The notes below the pieces were generated by a model. It was not told the origin of the DNA. It saw nothing but the letters and a program-made list of their open reading frames with translations, and searched no databases. The translations under genes were made by a program, and so were the position numbers. From the human T2T-CHM13v2.0 reference genome, Homo sapiens, in NCBI RefSeq assembly GCF_009914755.1, contig NC_060937.1: a DNA stretch of 64,000 bases. One strand, written 5' to 3'. This document shows positions 1 through 14,100 of the stretch, piece by piece (within the stretch, counting starts at the first letter, position 1; each line of letters begins with the position of its first letter).

Positions 1-829
1 TTCCTTTCAGAAGAAGGGAGGCAGTACAGGATTAGATAAAGTATTTGCCAAAAATACTTAGAGACAATTATTTTAATGTCACTACTGTCTGGGATGATAG
101 ATAGCAGTTGAGGCAAACAATAGACTAAACAAAATAAATAAAAGGAAAAACTGAGGAATAAGATATTCACAACACCTTTGAAAATCTCCAACATATTTCT
201 AGGAATGTAGAAGTCCACATGCATGTAAAGCGCTGTGTATGTGCTCCAGGAAGACCTGAGAAGTTATGAAGTTCTTATCTCTGGCTGACCTTGAGGTTCT
301 TTCAATAAATGAAGGCTAAGGTAGAGTTGTAACCTGCCTGGCTGAGCATTAAAGGTTGTTCCAACACATACACAGGCCTCTTCAGCAAAGCCTGGGAGAT
401 TTTCTGGTTTCAGGCATTCAAGGAAATCTGTTCAATCATTAGCTAACCACAAAAAAAAGGGAATAGAGATGTGAGTGGCTACAACCGATGAATACATGCT
501 TTACAAAATTAGTTCAGAAAAGCCACTGAATACATGCCTACTACTATAACAAGTAGCAACAACAAAAGAACTTGGGAAGGTAGAAAAATCTGATTCCTAG
601 AGTTAGTACATAATATTTAAAATGTCCATTTTTCAACAACAACAACAAAAAACTAAGAGACATGCAAGGAAACAAGAAAGTATGCCTCATACACAAGGGG
701 GAGGAAAGAAATTGTTTCTTTTAAAAACTCCCTGAGGAAGCTCAGAAATGGGACATGGTAGACAAAGACTTCAAATCAGCTATTTTTAGAAGAGCTAAAG
801 GAAACCATGTCTAGAGAACTAAAGGAAAG
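1..829 (+). mobile_element. Old L1M fragment (5' region leading into ORF1)
   Basis: A-rich degenerate L1M 5'-end-like sequence, e.g. 'gacatgcaaggaaacaagaaagtatg' and 'agacaaagacttcaaatcagctatt...agaactaaaggaaag'. No ORF. Confidence 0.6.
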
Positions 830-1398
830 TGTATGAGTCAGGGTTCTCCAGAGAAACAAAACCAATGGGCTATATAGAGATATATAAAAGGAGATTTATT
901 ATGGGATTCTGCACGATTATGGAAGCCAAGAAATTCTATGATCTGCCATCTATAAGCTAGAGAGCCAGAAAAACTGGTGGGGTAATTCAGTCTGAGGCCA
1001 AATGCCTCAGAACAAGGTGGGTGGGCCAGTGGTGTAAGTTCCAGACTTACAAGGCTGCAGGGGGGCGGCGGGAGAAGTGGTGTAAGTCCCAGAATCCCAG
1101 GGCTGGAAAACTAGAAGTTCTAATGTCCAAGGGCAGAAGAAGATGGATGTTCTGGCTCATGAAAAGAAAGAGACAGCAAATTTACCCTTTCTCTGCCTTT
1201 TTGTTCCATTCATAACCTCAACAGACTGGATAATGCTTAACCACATTAGTGGGGGTGATCTTCTTTGCTCACTCAGTCTACTGATTCAAATGTTAATCTC
1301 TTCCAGAAATGCCATCATAGAAAATACTAAAAATATTTTACCAGCTATCTGGGCATCCCTTAGCCCAGTCAAGTTGACACATAAAATCAACCATCACA
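830..1398 (-). mobile_element. Solo ERVL LTR, MLT2 family (older MLT2C/D-like)
   Basis: Plus strand starts tgtatgagtcagggttctccagaga and ends caagttgacacataaaatcaaccatcaca, the reverse complement of MLT2 termini (TGTGATGGTT...TACA). Confidence 0.85.
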
Positions 1399-2040
1399 GA
1401 GAAAAGAAAATCTGTGGAGAAGTTGGAAAGTTTATACATTGGTAGTGGAAACGTAAAATACTACAGCTGTGATGGGAAATGGTTTGGCAGTAACTCAAAA
1501 TGTTAAACATAGAGTTACCATATGATCCAGCAAATGCATTGCTAGGTGTATCCCCAAAAACATTAAAACAAAATTATTTAAACAAAATCTGTACATGAAC
1601 AGCACTATTCACAATAGCCAAAAGGTGAAAACAACCCAAATGTCTATCAACCAATGACTAGATCAACAAAATGTGGTACATCCATGCAATAGAATGTTAT
1701 TTGACCATAACAATGAAGTAGTGACTCATGTTACAACATGGGTAAACCTTGAAAACATTATATACTAAGTGAAAGAAGCCAAACAAAAAAGCCCACATAT
1801 TTTTTATTCCACTTATGTTCAGAATAGGCAAAACCATAGAGATAGAAAGTAGATAAGTGGTTGCCAGGGAGTGGGGAGATAGGGAATTGGGAGTGACTGT
1901 TAATAGGTACAGGATTTCCATTAGGTGGGATAACATTGCGGAGTTAAATAGTGGTGATGTTTGCACAACTTTTTTAATACAAAAATCCACTGAATTGTAC
2001 ACTTTAATGTGGTGAATTTTATGTACATAAAGTTTTATGT
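1399..2040 (+). mobile_element. L1MB-type 3' end (ORF2 end plus 3' UTR)
   Basis: 'ttaccatatgatccagcaa', 'cactattcacaatagccaaaaggtgaaaacaacccaaatgtc', 'tagtggtgatgtttgcacaac...ccactgaattgtacacttta'. Confidence 0.8.
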
Positions 2041-2339
2041 TACGTTAAGCTTTTAAAAGTAGAGTGAGATTTGAAAGTGTAAGACAGGGATACTGATCAT
2101 GTGGGGAAGTGGGTGGTGGGGTGCAGTTTCCAAGTAATTATATTTGAACAGAAATTTGAGGGTTGAGTATGAGTTATCCAGGTGAAATGGAGAGCATTTC
2201 AAAGAGCACCTGCATAGGCAGCACATCCCAGGAAAGTGGTGTAAACATCCAAGAAATACTAGAGAGACTGGAGGACTAAGCATGAGAAGATGAGGCTGGG
2301 AGACTGAGTCCCTGTCATTCAGGACCTGCTAGTTTGGAG

Positions 2340-2543
2340 CTTCCCAGCTGTGCAGTGAGGCATACTTATGACCATGGCTGCATTATAGGTGAACTGTCAC
2401 CATAGATTCCATCATCTTTGGGGGTGGCATAAGCCCCCAGGCTGGTTGCCTCTGAACATAAACAACCTTATTCATTTTCTTGTGAAATCATACACATATT
2501 CTCATTTTCTATGTGTGCTAACATGTAAAAATCGACTGGGAAG
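2340..2543. mobile_element. Possible hAT-Charlie-type MITE
   Basis: Short inverted termini cttcccag (2340-2347) and ctgggaag (2536-2543), about 200 bp apart, inside L2-like sequence. Confidence 0.4.
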
Positions 2544-3043
2544 TTTGAACCTATATATTACATAAAGGATTCTGATGGAATACCATTGACATGTGACTTT
2601 ATTTAAGCACGGGTATTCCATTAAAGCAATTGGCCTTTTTGGAAGATTACCTCTACTGCAGTGTGGAGTAGTGATAGTGAGGAGATCAATTAGGCAGCTG
2701 TATCAGCAAGGTATTACAATAGCTTGAAATGTGCAGATGGAGAAGTATAGGTGTATTTGAAAGACAATTAGGAGAAAAACTAACTTGCCAATGGGCTGGC
2801 AAAAGATTCAAGATCAAGCAGCATGGATATCTTACAGGTTCTCAGCAACATCCCTGAATACACAATAGGGGATTCTCTCAGAAGAACACTGCAGGAGGGA
2901 TACATTTTAGGGAAAGATTATGAGCTTGGTTTTGGGCATTTTCAATTTGAGTTGATGGTAAGATATTAATAGTAGATGTCTGCAAGCAGTTGGATATATG
3001 GATCAGGATTTAGAGATAGAAATTTAGATTTCATAGGTATGTT

Positions 3044-5152
<2,109 letters not shown>

Positions 5153-5990
5153 TTAAAGGTTATTTGATGCTTGGCTGTGGATGATGTCCCCTAGAAAGCC
5201 ATTGTAGACTGAAGAAAATGGTCTTAACAGCAATATTTACAGTGCAGCTACAATAAAGTAAGTGAAAGACACTAAGAAGGACAGGCTTTAGAAGCAGAAG
5301 GAAACATGAAGAGGTTTTAACATGGAAATTGAGGAGAAAACGTGTCTCTAAAGGATGATGCAATAAACAGCAACAAATGTTGCTGACTATGTGGTGATGA
5401 CTGAAAATTCCCCATAGGATGTAACAAACTGGAGATTGTGTTTGTAAAATAAAGTGAGTGAAAAGCTAGATGGAGTGAATGGGGAAGCCATTGGGAAATA
5501 AATAAAGAGATCTCTTTCAAGAAGTTTTGGCTATGATAGGGGAGCAAGAAATAGCTCATAGCTGGAAAAGATAGTGGGGGAGAAACTTCAGCATGATTCA
5601 GTAGAGAGGATGTGGTTTGCCATGGGACAGAGTTGGCTAAAAGGGTCAGGAAAGTAAGCCCAGGTAAACAGAACTAATCTAGAACACACTGTCTGGAAGG
5701 TAAGATCGAGGATCTGGGAGACAAGATATTTAATAAAAGAAGCACTAGCCATCAGAGTTGATGGGCAGAAGCCATTTGTTCTGCTTGCAGTTTACTGCAG
5801 GTTTCATCAAAAAGCCACACAGCAGGCACCATCCAGGGGACAGGTAGTCCTGGCATCAAAGGTGAATGTGATCCTTAATTTAGCAGATGTAGAAAGGCTA
5901 AGATAACCAAACATTATGGAAGTGACACCTTTGCAAAAGAAAGGAGGCCCAGGGTGAAAGAAAAAACTGAATAAATGGACAGGAGAATAC

Positions 5991-6436
5991 AGTATTAGTC
6001 AGAGTTCCCTAGAGGGACAGAATTAATGGAATAGATATACATATATAAAGGGGAGTTTATTAAGTATTAACTCACACAATCACAAGGTCCCACAATAGGC
6101 CACCTGCAGGCTGAAGAGCAAGGAGAGTCAGTCTGAGTTCCAAAACTGAAAAACTAGGAGTCTGATGTTCGAGGGCAGGAAGCATCCAGCACAGGAGAAA
6201 GATATAGGCTGGGAGGCTAGGCCAGTCTCTCTTTTCACATTTTTCTGCCTGCTTATATTCTAGCTGTGGTGGCAGCTGATTAGATTGTGCCCACCTAGAT
6301 TAAGGGTAGGTCTGTCTTTTCCATGCCACTGACTCAAATGTTAATCTCCTTTGGTGACACTCTCACAGACACACCCAGGAACAATACTTCGTATTCTTCA
6401 ATCCAATCAAGGTGACACTCAGTATCAACCATCACA
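5991..6436 (-). promoter_or_regulatory. HERV-L 3' LTR (MLT2A1-like)
   Basis: Direct repeat of 11940-12383. DUX4-like 11-mers at 6277-6287 (TGATTAGATTG) and 6399-6409 (CAATCCAATCA). Confidence 0.9.
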
Positions 6437-7018
6437 CATCTACCCCTTATCAAATTGAACACATACACATCTCCTGAGATTATATATAATCTTCAAATAA
6501 AGACAATAATAAGAACATAATTACACCTAAGATAATACAACTATTCTTCATACAACCAGAAACCCACCAATCCCCAACCCAAATGTTATTACATAAAGTT
6601 AACAATTTTTAAATGCTGATGTGAAGTCAATAAATCTAATGTCACATAATAAAGGAAAATGAAATAAAATAAATATATTTTCTTAGTACAAGTGTGTACA
6701 TGCACAAACACGTTTTTTACAAAAGGAGGAGGAAATACTCATAACAATGACAGGCCTCATTTCTGTCATCATGTCGTCATAGTGATGACTACCTTCTTCT
6801 ACTGCCCATTCTATTTTCCCTTTGCCTTCAACAAGCACCTCAGTAGGTCATGGTTTTTTCCTGGTGGAGTGACCCATACCTTCGTTCCTGAAGGGTTTGG
6901 GTCATTTGTAGTCCTGTCTGGATTAGGCTGTTGTAGTTTTCCATTGACCTTAATTACCGGGCATGGTAATACTAAGAAACACCCTAATGGATCTCCTATA
7001 TTCCATGCCTACTCTTCC

Positions 7019-7453
7019 TTACCCTCCGTTGTGGAGTAGTAGGCTAATTTCATCTTGATAGTCCAGGTCAATCACCCCAGCCAAAACTGTAACTCCCTTC
7101 TTAGCCTGTTGACTTAAAGGTAGGAGGAGCCCAAAGTGTCCAAGTTGCAATCTTAACTTCCAGTTTAATAGAATCATTGTTGTGTCTCCTGGTGGCAGCG
7201 TTTCTCCCTCTGGAACTAAGACCTCTAGGCCAGTAGAACATAATGTCATGGGAACAGGAAGCAAAAATTTTGCCAGTGGATCACTAGGGGTGATGGTGAG
7301 TGGTGCCGCTTCCACTTCCACCCTTGATTTCAGGACCCATGAAACAGTACCATATATTGGACACTGATTCAGAGCATACATGGCCTTCTGGAGAACTTTG
7401 CTCCAGCCCTGCAAAGAATTGTCACCTAGTTGGCATTGTAATTGTGACTTCAA
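7019..7453 (-). pseudogene. HERV-L integrase C-terminus plus dUTPase remnant
   Basis: ORF has dUTPase-like motifs (GHFGLLLPLS; GVIDLDYQDEI, motif 3). A dUTPase downstream of integrase is the ERV-L hallmark. Confidence 0.85.
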
Positions 7454-9800
7454 AAAGCCATTCCACCATTCTATTAATACAGCTGCTTCAGAAAGATGGG
7501 GAACATGGTAAGACCGGTGAATTTCATGAGAATGAGCCCACCGCAGTGCTTTTTTAGCTGGAAAGTGAGTGCCTTGGTCAGAGGCAATGCTGTGTGGAAT
7601 ACCATGACAGTGGATAAGGCATTCTGTGAGTCCACAGATGGTAGTCTTGGCAGAAGCATTGTGTGCAGGATAGGCAAACCTCTATTCCAGTGAGGACAAA
7701 CCTCTGCCCTTTCCATGACGGAAGAAGTCCAATATAATCAACCTGCCATCAGGTAGCTGGCTGATCACCCCGAGGAATTGTGTCATATGGAGGGCAACTA
7801 TTGGTCACTGCTGCTGGCAAATTGGGCACTAAGCAGTGGCCATAGCCAGGTCAGCCTTGGTGAGTGGAAGTCCATGTTGCTGAGCCCATGTGTAACCTCC
7901 ATCCCTGTTACCGTGGTCAATGACAGGGTGGCTGGGGAAAGAGGCTGAGTGGTGTCCACAGAACGGGTCATACTATCCACTTGATTATTAAAATCCTCCT
8001 CTGCTGAGGTCACTCATTGGTGAACATTCATATGGGATACAAATATCTTCACAGTTTTTGACCATTCAGAGAGATCCATCCACATACCTCTTCCCCAAAT
8101 TTCTTTGTCACTAATTCTCCAATCATGCTTCTTCCAAGTCCCTGACCGTCCAGCCAAACCATTGGCTACAGCCCATGAATCAGTATATAATCACACATCT
8201 GGACATTTCTCCTTCCATGCAGAGTGCACGACCAGGTGCACTGCTCAAAGTTATGCCCACTGGGAAGAGTTCCCTTCACCACTGTCCTTCAGAGATGTCC
8301 TGGAAAGGGGCTCTGGTACTACAGCTGTCCACTTTCAGGTGATACCTGCGTATTGTGCAGAGCTATCTGTGAACCAGACCCCAGTCTTCTCTTCCTGTCA
8401 ACTGATCATAGGGAAGTCCCCATGAGGCCATTGGAGCAGGCTTGGGGAGAGAAGGCAGGGTGACAGGAGTAGAGACTATGGGCATTTGAGCCACTTCCCC
8501 ATGTAACTTACTTGTGTGTTCAAGACCTGCTCACACCCAATCATGTATATACCACTTCCATTTGATGATGGAATGCTACTGTGCATGACCCACTTTATGG
8601 CTAGATGGGTCAGAAAGCACCCAGTTCATGATAGGCAGTTCAGATCACATGGTGAATTGATAACCCATAGTCAAATATTCAGTTTCCACGAAAGCCCAGT
8701 AACAGCCCAAGAGCTGTCTCTCAAAAGGAGAGTAATTATCTGCAGAAGATGGCAGGGCCTTGCGCCAAAATCCTAGAGGCCTCTGTGGTGATTCACCTAT
8801 GGGGTCCTGCCAAAGGCTCCAAACAGCATCCCTATCTGCCACTGAAACCTCAAGCACCATTGGATCTGCTGGGTCATACGGCCCAAGTAGCAGAGCAGCT
8901 TGCACAGCGGCCTGGACCTGTTGCAGAGCCTTTTCCTGTTCTGGACCCCATTCGAAACTGGCAGCCTTTCAGGTCACTCAATAAATGGGCAAGTAACACA
9001 CCCAAAAGAGCAATGTGTTGCCTCCAAAATCCAAATAGGCCCACTAGGCCTTGTGCCTCTCTCTTGGTTGTTTTCTGGACAGGCCCCACACCACTGGATC
9101 CCTAGAAATTTTACTGAGGTAGAAGGTCCCTGAATTTTAGTCTGATTTATTTCCCATCCTCTGGCATGCAAATGTCTCACCAATAAGTCCAGTGTGTTTG
9201 CTGCTTCTTGCTCACTGGATCCAATCATATAATGTCATCAATGTAATGGGCCAGCGTGATATCTTCTGAAAGTAAAAAGCAATCATGGTCTCTCCGAATA
9301 AGATTATGACACAAAGCCAGAGAGTTGATATACCCCTGAGGTAGGACAGTGAAGGTATATTGCTGGCCTTGCCAGCTGAAGGAAAATTGCCTCTGGTGGG
9401 CCTTATGGACAGGAATGGAGAAAAAGGCATTTGCCAAGTCAGTGACTGTATACCAGGTACTAGGAGATGTGTTAATTTGCTCAAGCAATGAAACCACATC
9501 TTGTAAAGCAGCTGCAATTGGAGTCACCACTTGCTTAAGTTTACGATAATCCACTGTCATTCTCCAAGATTCATCTGTCTTCTACACAGGCCAAATGGGA
9601 GAGTTGAATGGGGATGTGGTGGGAATCACCACCCCTTCGTCTTTCAAGTCCTTGATGATGGCACTAATCTCTGCAATCCCTCCAGGGATGCGATATTGTT
9701 TTTGATTTACTATTTTTCTAGGTAGAGGCACTTCTAATGGCTTCCATTTGGCCTTTCTCACAATAGCCTTCACCCTACCAGTCAGAGAGCCAATGTGGGG
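7454..9800 (-). pseudogene. HERV-L pol (RT, RNase H, integrase), broken by stops and frameshifts
   Basis: ORF 9225-9560 has VDYRKL, DLANAFF, YTFTVLPQGY and YIDD. ORF 9582-9773 has [13 protein letters not shown] 8645-8905 has RPLGFW and NYSPFERQLL. Confidence 0.92.
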
Positions 9801-9832
9801 GTTCTGCCAGCTGCTACATATGTCTATGTCAA

Positions 9833-10183
9833 TTATGTATCTGGTACTAGGGAAATGACCACAGGATGTGTCTGGGGACCCACTGTACCCACTGTAAATC
9901 GGACCAGAGCTAAAATCCCATTAATTACCTGACCTCCATAAGCCCCTACTTTAACTGGAGGACCACAATGCCATTTTGGGTCCCCTGGAATCAATGTCAG
10001 CTCAGAGCCAGTGTCCAGTAGTCCCCACAATGTCTGATCATTTCCCTTTCCCCAGTGCACAGTTACCCTGGTAAAAGTCTGGAGGTCTCCTTGGGGAAGG
10101 ATGGGAGAAAGATTTGCTGCATAAATTGTCAGTAATGTAGTGGGGTCCTTCCTCAAGGGGACTTGGCCTCCCCCTTCATTCAA
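9833..10183 (-). pseudogene. HERV-L aspartic protease remnant
   Basis: LLDTGSELTLIPG contains the retroviral protease DTG motif. Confidence 0.88.
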
Positions 10184-10199
10184 GGGATTCTGGGTCTGT

Positions 10200-11895
10200 A
10201 AACTGGCTGAAGTCTGGAAATTGATTGAGGGGTCGTGATTATCTGTTTTTATAATTCAGATTAGTCTTTTGTCCATTTAACCTAGAAGTTTTGTGGTTGT
10301 ATAAATTAAGTAGTAATGCAGTAGGCTTTCTATCAACTTTATTTCTAGGAATGCCATGATTAATTTGCCAATGCCAGAGTTCTACACAAGTCAGACTCTT
10401 CTGATTGCCACTTTGCTGTCCATTCCAGTAGTTATGTCCACCTTGCCTTTGACGGTTGAGTGTCACCATTTGCCACCTCAGGATCCACCTATTTACACTG
10501 TATTTCAATTTTGTATTTGAGTGACTGGGGTTCTGTTAGATCTGACATACAGAGAAGAGCAATTACAGGGCTCTTCAAAGACACAGGTACTGCCCTCACA
10601 AATCTGTTTCACATGGCTTTGGTCAAGGGTATAGCTTCTGGTCCCCCCGAGGTGGGATGAGTAGGTCTAATGTGACTAATACACTTGACCATCCCAATGT
10701 TCATAAGCCTTTAGATACCTTCCTCTACATTAAACCAAGGGAGATCAGGCATTTCCAGCTTGCTCACAGTGGGCCATCTTTTAATCCATAGTTTAACTAA
10801 CCAAGCAAATAAACTATTAGAACATTTTTTAACTCCCTGAGCTGGCACCACTAAATGCAGAGTCCCTACTTAGTGGGCCCAGATCAATAAATTCAACCTG
10901 AGCCAACTCTATGTTCCTTCCATCCCACACCCTTAATATCCATTCCCATGCCTGTTCTCCAGATTTCTGTTTATATAAATTAGAAAACACAGAATTCTTT
11001 TCAAATGTAGTGCACCTCCTGATGGGTCACACTCTCAACCTCACCTCTAGGAGCATGCCAGGACTTGAGTCTAGTTATAGGTCTAGAAGCAAACAGGGGT
11101 GTGGGGTGGCAACTGAGGAGAGTCAACATTACCTTGCCTGGCAACTGCCTCAGGGGATGCCATCATTGTTGCCTCAGGCAGTGCAGGGTTTATCTCCTCA
11201 GACAAAGGTGAAAACACTGATGGCAGCATGGGTCAGGGAGGGGATGTTGCCACTACTGGGAATGGGGAAGCTGTTTCTTCTGGCAAAAAAGGTTCATCAG
11301 AGTTTACAAACTCAGTGTCCCCAGCTTCATCAGGGTCCTTCCATACATCCCCATTCCAAGTTGCAGGGTCCCATTCTTTTCCAGTCAATGCCCTCACTTT
11401 AACAGTAGACACCTGGTGAGGCTCTATATGCACCTTTCATTGCAGGTCAGCCACTCACATGATAAGAACTTGTGTCTGTTTTTCCACGATTTCAGCTCTT
11501 TCTCTACAGGAGATAAGACTCTCACCCAGGGCAATCTTAGCAGATTTGAGGTTCACCATCTGCTTCTCAAGCCGGGAGACAGAATCCCTGAGTTCATCAT
11601 TTTCTTTTATCACTTTGTCCACTGAACTTAGGAGCAAACAACCAGCTTCATTATGTTCCTTGATTCTCCACATATGGTCAAAGGTATTATGTATAGAGTT
11701 ACTAAACTCCTTGCCTCTCATGAGCAATGAATCAGAAGTGTCAAATGCATATATTTTGCATAACTCTCTAAACAGTCCATGCCAAAGACTATCAGTGTTC
11801 TCCATACTATTAGAAGTAAAGTCCGTAGCATTTGGGGGTCTAATCATGTTAAGCAGCCAACTCCAGAAACCCTGAAACCAATGAAAGAACTCCAT
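10200..11895 (-). pseudogene. HERV-L gag remnant, fragmented
   Basis: Fragments such as VKVRALTGKEWDPATWNGDVW and a coiled-coil-like KENDELRDSVSRLEKQ, typical of ERV-L Gag. Multiple stops. Confidence 0.85.
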
Positions 11896-11939
11896 CCTTA
11901 ATATTCTGTTCCTCTAGAACCACTCCTGGTACCAAAATC

Positions 11940-12383
11940 TGTTCTCTAGAGGGTTCTCTAGAGGGACAGAACTAATGAAATAGATATTTATATAAAGGGG
12001 AGTTTATTAAGCATTAACTCACATGATCACAAGGTCCCACAATAGGTCATTTGCAGGCTGAGGAGCAAGGAGAGCCAGTCTGAGTTCCAAAACTGAAGAA
12101 CTAGGAGTCTGATGTTCGAGGGCAGGAAGGACCCAGCACAAGACAAACATGTAGACTGGGAGACTAGCCCAGTCTCTCTTTTCACATTTTTCTGCCTGCT
12201 TATATTCTAGCTGTGCTGGCAGCTGATTAGACTCTGTCCACCCAGATTAAGGGTGGGTCTGCCTTTCCCAGCCCATTGACTCAAATGTTAATCTCCTTTG
12301 GCAACACCCTCACAGACACACCTAGGATCAATGCTTTGTATCCTTCAATCCAATCAAGTTGACACTCAGTATCAACCATCACA
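11940..12383 (-). promoter_or_regulatory. HERV-L 5' LTR (MLT2A1-like)
   Basis: Adjacent to the PBS. About 50 mismatches in 445 bp versus the 3' LTR by manual count. CAATCCAATCA at 12346-12356. Confidence 0.9.
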
Positions 12384-12873
12384 AACACTAACCTAGTATT
12401 TAAATTATTCAGTCCTAAGATGAGATCAAGGAATTTTAAGACAATCAAATTCTGAGAAGTATGTTATTATAAATAGATTTCTAAGATTCCATTATGTAGG
12501 ACAGGTCCCTATCACACTGTGGCATCTAAAAAGTTACCAAGTCTCAATTTTGTATCAGGCACCTGACTAAGAGCTGGCTATATTTTGATAAACCAATCAG
12601 AAATGGCCTCTTATCTAGTAGAGTTTGCATTGCAGTAGAAAATAACAAACAAGCACAAATAAATACCAACAGAGGTAAGTGCTCTAAAGAATAAAAGAAA
12701 ATCTTAGGAAAAATATAGAGGAAGTCCTTTAGAATAAGTAGTCAGGGAAGCCTCTTCTGAGGTGATAACATTTAACTGAAGCCTTAAGTATGAATAAGAG
12801 TTAACTCGGTAAAGAGAAGAGGAATGAGTATCCCAGAATTAGGGAACAGCACAATCCAAGTGAAAATAAATAT

Positions 12874-13954
12874 CCTCCCCCTCCTGCTCCCTCTCCCCCT
12901 CCCCCTCCCTCTCCTTCTTCCATCTGCCTCTGTTGCCGAGGCTGGACTGTACTGCCTGATCTCAGCTCGCTGCAGCCTCCCTGCCGCCTCCCTGCCTCAG
13001 GCTGCCGTGATTCTCCTGCCTCGGCCTGCCGAGTGCCTGGGATTCCAGGCACGCGCCGCCACCCCTGACTGGTTTTTGTATTTTTGGTGGAGACGGGGTT
13101 TTGCCGTGTTGACCGGGCTGGTCTCCAGCTCTTGACCTCGAGTGATCTGCCCACCTCCACCTCCCGAGGTGCTCAGATTGCAGACGGAGTCTCACTCAAT
13201 GCTCAATGTTGCCCAGGCTGGAGTGCAGTGGCGTGGTCTCCGCTCGCTACAACCTCCACCTCCCAACCGCCTGCCTTGGCGTCCTAAAGTGCTAAGATCA
13301 CAGCATCTGCCTGGCCGCCACCCCATCTAGGAAGAGAGGAGCGTCTCTGCCTGGCCGCCCATCGTCTGGGAAGTGAGGAGCGCCCCTGCCCGGCTGCCCC
13401 GTCTGGGAGGTGTACCCAACAGCTCCGAAGAGACAGCAACCATCGAGAACGGGCCATGATGACGATGGCGGTTTTGTCAAAAAGAAAAGGGGGAAATGTG
13501 GGGAAAAGAAAGAGAGATCAGATTGTTACTGTGTCTGTGTAGAAAGAAGTAGACATAGGAGACTCCATTTTGTTCTGTACTAAGAAAAATTATTCTGCCT
13601 CGGGATGCTGTTAATCTATAACCTTACCCCCAACTCCGTGCTCTCTGAAACACGTGCTGTGTCAACTCAGGGTTAAATTGATTAAGGGTGGTACAAGATG
13701 TTCTTTGTTAAACAGATGCTTGAAGGCAGCATGCTCGTTAACAGTCATCACCACTCCCTAATCTCAAGTACCCAGGGACACAAACACTGCTGAAGGCCGC
13801 AAGGACCTCTGCCTAGGAAAACCAGAGACCTTTGTTCACGTGTTTATCTGCTGACCTTCTCTCCACTATTATCCTATGACCCTGCCACATCCCCCTGTCC
13901 GAGAAACACCCAAGAATGATCAATAAATACTTAAAAAAAAAATTTAAAAAAAAA
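12874..13954 (+). mobile_element. Full-length SVA retrotransposon (SVA_A-like) with very short VNTR
   Basis: CCCTCT-like head, antisense Alu-like domain, about 3 VNTR units (about 13300-13412), SINE-R starting 'cagctccgaagagacag' (SVA_A-type), AATAAA and poly-A. TSD gaaaataaatat at 12862-12873 and 13955-13966. Confidence 0.95.
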
Positions 13955-14100
13955 GAAAATAAATATTCTCACCAGCAATGCAGGGAACTCATTTGTGGTC
14001 CCTTTACATGACCCACCATGTGAAATCAGCAAGATATTTCATTTATTTTTCTTCCTCCATCTTCAATCTCAAGCTTTCCTCAGACAGTCCATGTCATCTT

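Larger units (their letters stand above)
5991..12383 (-). mobile_element. Complete HERV-L provirus with two MLT2A1-type LTRs, no env
   Basis: About 445-bp LTRs at 5991-6436 and 11940-12383. 5-bp TSD aatac/aacac. PBS-like TGGTACCAGGAGTGG next to the 5' LTR and purine tract next to the 3' LTR. Order gag-pro-RT-RNaseH-IN-dUTPase. Confidence 0.96.

Noticed and set aside
10911-11875. Plus-strand ORFs of 163 aa and 138 aa
   Set aside because: They are antisense shadows of HERV-L gag with no independent evidence of coding.
12801-13480. Several GC-rich ORFs and a CpG-dense patch suggesting a promoter or gene
   Set aside because: Fully explained by the SVA Alu-like and VNTR domains.
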